Positions 27,434 through 33,577 of a stretch of 33,577 nucleotides of DNA are shown one piece after another. The stretch comes from Nitrospira japonica (GTDB taxonomy: Bacteria > Nitrospirota > Thermodesulfovibrionia > Thermodesulfovibrionales > SM23-35): positions 1-33,577 of the forward strand of contig DYFC01000004.1 of the NCBI GenBank assembly GCA_020725385.1, given 5' to 3'. The translations under genes and the position numbers were made by a program. Position 1 is the first letter of the stretch; the number at the start of each line of letters is the position of its first letter. The notes beneath the pieces are model-generated. The model was not told the DNA's origin, did no database searches, and saw only the letters and a list, made by a program, of their open reading frames with translations.

Positions 27434-27461
27434 CATGCTCCTTGCTCTTTGCCCTTCCCTC
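27434..27461. repeat. Degenerate heptamer array
   Basis: CATGCTC CTTGCTC TTTGCCC TTCCCTC. Confidence 0.55.
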
Positions 27462-27496
27462 TTGAAAGCTCTTTATTACATAAGCTATTATGCATA

Positions 27497-27970
27497 ATGA
27501 AGAAAAAACAAAACCTGCGTCCCGGATGGGATGAATATTTCATAAATATCGCAAAAGTTGTTGCAACACGTGCAACCTGTCTTAGAAGAAAATATGGCGC
27601 GGTTATAACCAAAGATAATATAATTGTTAGCACAGGTTATAATGGTGCACCGGCAGGAATGAAAGATTGTCTTGAAGCTGGAAAATGCACAAGGAAAGAA
27701 TTGCAGATTCCTCATGGAGAAAGATATGAATTATGCCATAGTGTACATGCTGAAGCAAATGCAATTATAAGAGCTTCAGGAGAAGAATTAAATGGAGCAA
27801 CTATATATATATCGGGCAACGATCATGAAAGCGGTGAATGTTTGTCAGAACCATGTATGATGTGTAAGCGTATGATACTTAATGCACGTATTAAGAAAGT
27901 TGTTTATTCAAACGGAGAAAATGGAATTATAATTGTTAATCCAAAAAAATGGCTAAGGAAAAGAGTTTAG
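27497..27970 (+). CDS. dCMP deaminase / ComEB-family zinc deaminase
   Basis: RPGWDEYF, RATCLRR, TGYNG, HAEANA...PCMMC; start MKKKQ at 27497. Confidence 0.9.
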   Translation: MKKKQNLRPGWDEYFINIAKVVATRATCLRRKYGAVITKDNIIVSTGYNGAPAGMKDCLEAGKCTRKELQIPHGERYELCHSVHAEANAIIRASGEELNGATIYISGNDHESGECLSEPCMMCKRMILNARIKKVVYSNGENGIIIVNPKKWLRKRV

Positions 27971-27980
27971 AGGTGAATTA

Positions 27981-28949
27981 ATGAAAACAGTACTTGTTAC
28001 AGGTTGCGCCGGTTTTATAGGATGGAAAGTTTCTGAACATTTACTTTCCCGGAATATAAAAGTTGTTGGTCTGGATAATATGAACGACTATTATGATCCT
28101 TTATTGAAAGACTGGAGACTAAAAAAATTAAACGGAGATAGTAATTTTCGTTTTCATATGTGTGATATAGCAAGTTTTGAATCTTTAAGAAGAATTTTCG
28201 CAAGTTATCAAATAGATGCTGTAATAAATCTTGCTGCAAGAGCAGGAGTCAGGGCGTCTGTTGAAGATCCATGGGTTTATCTTGATACAAATACAAAAGG
28301 CACTTTAAACCTCCTTGAATGTTGCAAAGATTTCAATACTCCAAAATTTGTTCTTGCATCTACTTCAAGTCTTTATGCCAACAACCAGATGCCGTTCAGG
28401 GAAACAGACCAAACTGATAAACCACTTGCTCCGTATTCAGCAACTAAAAAAGCAGCAGAGGCTCTTTGTTACAGTTATCATTTTCTTTATGGAATTGACA
28501 TAAGTATTCCAAGGTATTTTACTGTTTATGGACCTGCAGGAAGACCTGACATGAGCATATTTATCTTTATTAAAAATATTGATAATGGAAGACCTATAAC
28601 AGTATTTGGCGACGGTAAACAGCAAAGAGATTTTTCTTATGTTGATGATATTGCAACTGGAACATTGAAATGCCTTCAACCATTTGGTTATGAGATTTTT
28701 AACCTTGGCAATGATCATCCGGTTGAATTAATGTATGTAATAAATTTAATCGAAGAAATGCTCGGCAAGAAAGCTGTTATAAATTTCAAACCAAGACATC
28801 CTGCTGATGTTTTTGCAACATGGGCACATATCGAGAAATCCAGAGATAAACTTGATTGGTATCCAACTACGTCTATAGAAGAAGGCATTAAAAAAACCAT
28901 CGAATGGTATATTGAAAATAGAGAATTTGTAAACAAACTTCGAGATTAA
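27981..28949 (+). CDS. NAD-dependent nucleotide-sugar epimerase (UDP-glucuronate 4-epimerase-like)
   Basis: TGCAGFIG, LAARAGVR, YSATKK, RYFTVYGPAGRPDM. Confidence 0.9.
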   Translation: MKTVLVTGCAGFIGWKVSEHLLSRNIKVVGLDNMNDYYDPLLKDWRLKKLNGDSNFRFHMCDIASFESLRRIFASYQIDAVINLAARAGVRASVEDPWVYLDTNTKGTLNLLECCKDFNTPKFVLASTSSLYANNQMPFRETDQTDKPLAPYSATKKAAEALCYSYHFLYGIDISIPRYFTVYGPAGRPDMSIFIFIKNIDNGRPITVFGDGKQQRDFSYVDDIATGTLKCLQPFGYEIFNLGNDHPVELMYVINLIEEMLGKKAVINFKPRHPADVFATWAHIEKSRDKLDWYPTTSIEEGIKKTIEWYIENREFVNKLRD

Positions 28950-28953
28950 TTCC

Positions 28954-29670
28954 ATGCAAAAGCGCCTCCAGAAAATCCTGTCCGAGATGGGTATTGCCTC
29001 AAGAAGAGAAGCAGAAGAGATGATTCTTGAAGGAAGAATTACTGTTAATGGCCGTATTGCGAATATAGGAATGAAAGCGGATCCGTCTAAAGACCATATT
29101 AAAGTTGATGGCAAATTACTGGTTCGGAGAGAACCAAAGGTTTATCTTGCCTTCAATAAACCGGGAGAAGTTGTAACAACCCTGAATGATCCCGAAGGAA
29201 GGCCGACTGTAAAAGATTTTATAAAAAATGTAAAATATAGAATTTATCCAATAGGAAGGCTTGATTATAGTTCTGAAGGTCTGCTTTTATTTACCAATGA
29301 CGGAGATTTTGCAAATTCTATTATGCATCCGTCAAAAAAAATACTTAAGACTTATCACGTGAAAGTCAAAGGCATACCCGAAGAAAAAGAGCTCGATAAA
29401 TTAAGAAAAGGCATTAAGCTTGAAGACGGGCTGACAGCACCTGCAAAGGTAAAAAAAATAAAGACAACAGAGAATAATGCATGGATAGAAATTACTATTC
29501 ATGAAGGAAGAAATAGACAGGTTCGCCGGATGTTTGAGAGAATAGGGTATCCTGTAATAAAACTCATCAGGACAAAAATTAATGGTATTAGCCTTGGGAA
29601 TTTAAAACCCGGAGAATATAGATTCCTCAATCCTGAAGAAGTAAATAAATTGAAATTGGAGGTTAAATGA
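28954..29670 (+). CDS. rluB: rRNA pseudouridine synthase, RsuA/RluB family
   Basis: S4 domain RLQKILS..GIASRREAEE, GRLD catalytic motif, EGRNRQVRRM. Confidence 0.85.
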   Translation: MQKRLQKILSEMGIASRREAEEMILEGRITVNGRIANIGMKADPSKDHIKVDGKLLVRREPKVYLAFNKPGEVVTTLNDPEGRPTVKDFIKNVKYRIYPIGRLDYSSEGLLLFTNDGDFANSIMHPSKKILKTYHVKVKGIPEEKELDKLRKGIKLEDGLTAPAKVKKIKTTENNAWIEITIHEGRNRQVRRMFERIGYPVIKLIRTKINGISLGNLKPGEYRFLNPEEVNKLKLEVK

Positions 29671-31460
29671 ATAGAGATAAAGGATGCGGTGAAATCACTG
29701 AATCTGACATCGGGAAAAAACTCACTCTTTGTGGCTGGGTATATCGCAGAAGAGACCACGGAGGATTAATTTTTATAGACCTGAGAGACAGAAGCGGTAT
29801 TTTTCAAATAGTATTCAGTCCTGATGTTTCTGGTGATGCTCATGAAAAAGCGCATGCTCTTAGAAGTGAATTCGTTCTATCTGTTTCGGGTGAGATCAGG
29901 AAAAGACCCGAAGGTACGGAAAATCCAAACATGATTACAGGACAGATTGAAATGTATGTTGAAAAAATTGATATTTTGAATGAATCTTCTCCTTTGCCTT
30001 TTACAATAGAAGACGCTGCAGAAGCTTCTGAATCTTTGAGATTAAGATATAGGTATCTCGATCTGAGAAGACCTGAAATGCAGAGAAATTTAATAATCAG
30101 GCACAGGGTTACAAAAATAATCAGGGATTATCTTGATGATAAAGGCTTTCTTGAAATTGAAACCCCTATGCTTACAAAATCCACACCTGAAGGAGCAAGA
30201 GATTACCTTGTGCCAAGCAGATTAAATCCGGGCTGTTTTTATGCATTGCCACAATCACCGCAGATATTCAAGCAGATTTTAATGGTTTCAGGGCTTGAGA
30301 AATATTTCCAGATAACAAAATGTTTCAGAGATGAAGACCTTCGTGCTGACAGACAACCTGAATTCACACAAATTGATCTTGAAATGTCTTTTGTTGATGT
30401 AAATGATGTTATTTCACTTATAGAAGGAATGACCTATAAACTTTTCAAGGAATCTCTTGGAGTCGAGATAGAAATACCTTTTAAAAGGCTTGGTTATAGA
30501 GAATCAATGGAAAGATTCGGGAATGATAAACCGGACATGCGTTTCGGACTTGAACTTAAGGAAATGGCTGATCTTGCTGAAAAAGGAAGTTTTAAAGTTT
30601 TTCTCGATGCTATTAAATCCGGTGGAAGAATTAAAGCTATAAACGGGAAAGGTATGGCATTACTGTCACGTAAAGAGATAGATATGCTTGCCGAAACAGC
30701 AATATCATATGGCGCAAAAGGACTTGCCTGGATAAAAGTCAAGAATGGTTTTGAATCTCCTATAACAAAATTCTTCCCTGAAGATATATTGTCACAAATG
30801 GCGCAGAGACTCGAAGCAGAAGATGGAGATTTGATGTTGTTTGTTGCAGATAAAGAAAATATTGTCTTCGATGTTTTAAGCAGAATGAGGCTTGATATTG
30901 GTAAAAAATTAAATTTAATTAAAAGTGGTTTTGAATTTGTGTGGATTACGGATTTCCCTTTGCTTGAATGGAATGAAGATGAAGGCAGATACGAAGCAAT
31001 GCACCATCCATTTACCTCACCAATGGATGATGACATTAAAAAACTGGATTCCCTGAATATTTCTGAAATGCAAGCACCGGGGTCTGAACTTTCCCGCTTA
31101 AGAGCCAAGGCTTATGATATAGTTTTAAACGGATATGAAATTGGCGGAGGAAGTATCAGGATACACAGACGTGATGTTCAAAAGAAAATGTTCGAAATGC
31201 TCGGAATCTCTGACGAAGAAGCAAGAGCAAAGTTTGGATTTTTGCTTGATGCTCTTGAATATGGTGCTCCTCCTCACGGAGGTATAGCACTTGGATTAGA
31301 TAGGCTTGTTATGATTATGGTTGGAGCTTCATCTATCAGGGATGTCATAGCATTTCCGAAAACCCAGAAAGCTTTCTGTTTGATGAGCGGGACACCATCA
31401 ACTGTTGATTCTAAACAATTAAGAGAACTATACATCAAACTCAATTTGCCGGATGTTTAG
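29667..31460 (+). CDS. aspS: Aspartate--tRNA ligase, probably non-discriminating Asp/Asn type
   Basis: RRRDHGG, RPEG, TPEGARDY, LPQSPQ, FRDEDLRADRQPEFTQ, GAPPHGGIALGLDR. His and Gly at the anticodon-domain positions are characteristic of ND-AspRS. Confidence 0.95.
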   Translation: MNRDKGCGEITESDIGKKLTLCGWVYRRRDHGGLIFIDLRDRSGIFQIVFSPDVSGDAHEKAHALRSEFVLSVSGEIRKRPEGTENPNMITGQIEMYVEKIDILNESSPLPFTIEDAAEASESLRLRYRYLDLRRPEMQRNLIIRHRVTKIIRDYLDDKGFLEIETPMLTKSTPEGARDYLVPSRLNPGCFYALPQSPQIFKQILMVSGLEKYFQITKCFRDEDLRADRQPEFTQIDLEMSFVDVNDVISLIEGMTYKLFKESLGVEIEIPFKRLGYRESMERFGNDKPDMRFGLELKEMADLAEKGSFKVFLDAIKSGGRIKAINGKGMALLSRKEIDMLAETAISYGAKGLAWIKVKNGFESPITKFFPEDILSQMAQRLEAEDGDLMLFVADKENIVFDVLSRMRLDIGKKLNLIKSGFEFVWITDFPLLEWNEDEGRYEAMHHPFTSPMDDDIKKLDSLNISEMQAPGSELSRLRAKAYDIVLNGYEIGGGSIRIHRRDVQKKMFEMLGISDEEARAKFGFLLDALEYGAPPHGGIALGLDRLVMIMVGASSIRDVIAFPKTQKAFCLMSGTPSTVDSKQLRELYIKLNLPDV

Positions 31461-32665
31461 AAATTTGATATATAATTGATATAAGATTTAAAGTTCCTTT
31501 TTGTTTCATTTACACTATCACCACCAAATTTTTCAAGAAAAGCATCTGCAATGGTCAAAGCTGCCATTGCTTCTGCTATTACAGCAGCAGCAGGAACTGC
31601 ACAGACATCCGAACGTTCGTAGGCTGCTTCTATTGGTTTTTTTGTGATAATGTCAATTGAACTAAGAGGCTTGCGCTGAGTAGGAATGGGTTTCATAACT
31701 GCACGCAAAATAACAGGCATACCATTAGACATTCCACCTTCAATTCCTCCTGCGTGATTTGTTTTTCTGTAAAAACCTGTGCCTGTTGTTTTGCTTTTTT
31801 GTTCTTTCCCGTAAAATATTTCATCCATAACTTCTGAACCAAATCTCCTCCCCATTTCAAATCCATCCCCTATCTCGACCCCTTTTATTGCTTGAATGCT
31901 CATAATAGCTTGGGCAAGTCTGGCATCGAGTTTTCTATCCCATTGAATATGGCTCCCAAGACCAACTGGAAGACCTGTTATGAAAACTTCAAAAATACCA
32001 CCGAGTGAATTACCGGTTTTAATAGCCTTATCTATAATCTGTATCATTTTTTTTGAGACCGGTTCGTCAGGACATCTCACAGCAGACTCTTCGGCAAATT
32101 TAAATAATTTCCACAGCTTCTCGATACAGTTTTGAGTCTTGAGTGTTGAATCTTGAATCTTTTCTTTCCCTATCTGAATAACATAACTACCGATTTTTAT
32201 ATTAAATTCGCCAAGGAATTTTTTTGCTATTGCACCCAGAGCCACTCTCATAGCAGTCTCTCTTGCACTCGATCGCTCAAGAATATTACGTACATCATGG
32301 TGTTCATATTTTATTGCACCTGCCAGATCCGCATGTCCCGGTCTCGGTTTTGTTACAGACGGGATTGAACCTTCAAATGTTGAAAGAGAAGACATGCCTT
32401 TTTCCCAGTTTTTAAAATCCTTATTTTCAATGATAAGTGTAATTGGTGAACCAATTGTTTTTCCCCATCTTACACCAGATATAATCTCTGCATGGTCGGT
32501 TTCTATCTTCATTCTACCGCCTCTTCCATATCCACCCTGTCTTCTTTTAAGGTCTATATCAATATCTTCTGAAGAAATTGGAAGCCCGGAAGGGATGCCT
32601 TCCATAAAACCGACTAATGCTTTTCCATGAGATTCACCGGCAGTAAAATATTTGAGATTTGCCAT
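31457..32665 (-). CDS. aroC: Chorismate synthase
   Basis: TAGESHG, RRQGGYGRGGR, PRPGHAD, ERSSARET, GGIEGGMSNG, ERSDVC; start MANLKY at 32665. Confidence 0.96.
   Translation of the reverse strand: MANLKYFTAGESHGKALVGFMEGIPSGLPISSEDIDIDLKRRQGGYGRGGRMKIETDHAEIISGVRWGKTIGSPITLIIENKDFKNWEKGMSSLSTFEGSIPSVTKPRPGHADLAGAIKYEHHDVRNILERSSARETAMRVALGAIAKKFLGEFNIKIGSYVIQIGKEKIQDSTLKTQNCIEKLWKLFKFAEESAVRCPDEPVSKKMIQIIDKAIKTGNSLGGIFEVFITGLPVGLGSHIQWDRKLDARLAQAIMSIQAIKGVEIGDGFEMGRRFGSEVMDEIFYGKEQKSKTTGTGFYRKTNHAGGIEGGMSNGMPVILRAVMKPIPTQRKPLSSIDIITKKPIEAAYERSDVCAVPAAAVIAEAMAALTIADAFLEKFGGDSVNETKRNFKSYINYISNF
32127..32161. repeat. Heptamer array inside the aroC coding sequence
   Basis: CAGTTTT GAGTCTT GAGTGTT GAATCTT GAATCTT; encodes KIQDSTLKTQN. 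Confidence 0.75.
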
Positions 32666-32796
32666 TTTTAAAACCCTTTCTCCTATCAAAAATAAAGGCA
32701 TATGCCTTTAACATAATATTCTGAATAGATTCATTTAAAAATGCAATCGAAATAATGGAGGGCAAAGACATCTGTATATTTATTGTATTATTCTTG

Positions 32797-33576
32797 TTAA
32801 GAAGTTATTTTTGTTTTTTCCCTTAAATAATAAGTCGCTCCTATAAATGAAAGAACAACAAACACTATCATACCCCATCCCGTATATGCCGGTATGGCAG
32901 TTTGCTCAGTACATTTACCATCTGAACCTGCATTGTATAATGCTTGAATCTCTGATTGGCTTAAAGCTCGATTAAAAATTTCTACCTCGTCTATAAGCCC
33001 GTTGAAAAAAGAACCTGCTCCGGAATTATATGAACCAATACTAGAATTGAACCCGCTCGTTGTGTAAAGATCCAAGTCTGGGATCGTAATACTATTCTGT
33101 AATATACCATTCACCCACAATTCAAGGCTCGTTCCTCTCCTTATACCAGTAACAAAAGCCCAGGTATTTATATTTGCGGAAGCAGTAATTAAATACCATA
33201 TTCCATTAGAAAGATGAACAGCAAATACATAATTTCCATTGGTTACAAATAATTGATACTAACCGGATTGAGCACCACTATATACTATTTTACCATCATC
33301 TATTGTATTGTTAGGATATACCCATGCATCTACAGTAAAATTCCTCGCTGTGCTTGAAATAATTCCATTAGGTACTGATATATAATCATTGACACCGTCA
33401 AAACTGAATGACTGTCCAACCATTCCACTTGCAAAAGTAGCCCCGTTTATTAATGTACCATGATTTGTGCTTACACTATCATTAGCATTACCTTCTGCTC
33501 TCCACCACGAGACCATATTAGATGGTGGCTGGACACAAGCTCCATTTGCAGAAATTGTGTAAGACATTAGAAAAGA
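32797..33576 (-). pseudogene. Secreted LamG-like jelly-roll protein with IPTLxxWG-CTERM-like sorting signal, interrupted by an in-frame TAG at 33259-33261; 5' end lies beyond the window
   Basis: ORFs 33259..33567 and 32797..33120 share one frame and the intervening 138 nt are open (YQLFVTNGNYVFAVHLSNGIWYLITASANINTWAFVTGIRRGTSLE). LamG motifs VSWWRAEGNAND, FDGVNDY, FTVDAWV, FNGLIDEVEIFNRALSQSEI. Tail IPAYTGWG + TM + REKTK. Confidence 0.85.
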
Positions 33577-33577
33577 A

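Noticed and set aside
27433-27715. Short minus-strand ORFs 27433..27633 and 27488..27715, and the 16-aa N-terminal extension of the dCMP deaminase
   Set aside because: Antisense shadows of the deaminase; the extension runs through the heptamer array
31045-31100. Short insert in AspS (LNISEMQAPGSEL) as another heptamer-derived insertion
   Set aside because: Periodicity is too weak to support by eye, and this loop is naturally variable
699-32630. Many short ORFs nested within or antisense to long genes (e.g. 699..971, 1028..1465, 2434..2721, 3502..3861, 24560..25021, 30494..31108)
   Set aside because: They overlap well-supported genes almost entirely and have no recognisable motifs
33259-33261. 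Genome-wide TAG recoding or pyrrolysine
   Set aside because: TAG terminates several normal genes here (MFS, 15515..17170, dCMP deaminase, aspS, TPR gene), and no pyl genes are in the window

Overview
AT-rich bacterial chromosomal window. The housekeeping genes look to me like Nitrospirota/Thermodesulfovibrionia, which is an impression and not a database result. Housekeeping flanks (hybrid kinase, MFS, tsaB-rimI, amrS on the left; dCMP deaminase, epimerase, rluB, aspS, aroC on the right) enclose a ~21 kb cell-surface island (5833-27294). The island encodes an exosortase H (XrtH)-type protein-sorting enzyme and its partner membrane protein, an Aur1/Ipt1-like lipid phosphotransferase, three GT-C-type membrane glycosyltransferases (TMTC-like/TPR, unnamed, YfhO-like), Wzm/Wzt with GT2, GT4, GNAT and radical SAM enzymes, and secreted proteins. 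One of these, a 380-aa protein, sits behind stacked sigma70/sigma54-like promoters and is a candidate S-layer or major surface protein. A likely XrtH substrate (LamG domain plus IPTLxxWG-CTERM-like tail) lies at the right edge, split by an in-frame TAG. Other signals: an IS-like end truncating the kinase receiver domain, a homopolymer frameshift at the YfhO start, scattered degenerate 7/8-mer arrays (one inside aroC), and several apparently leaderless genes. No rRNA, tRNA or CRISPR array was seen.
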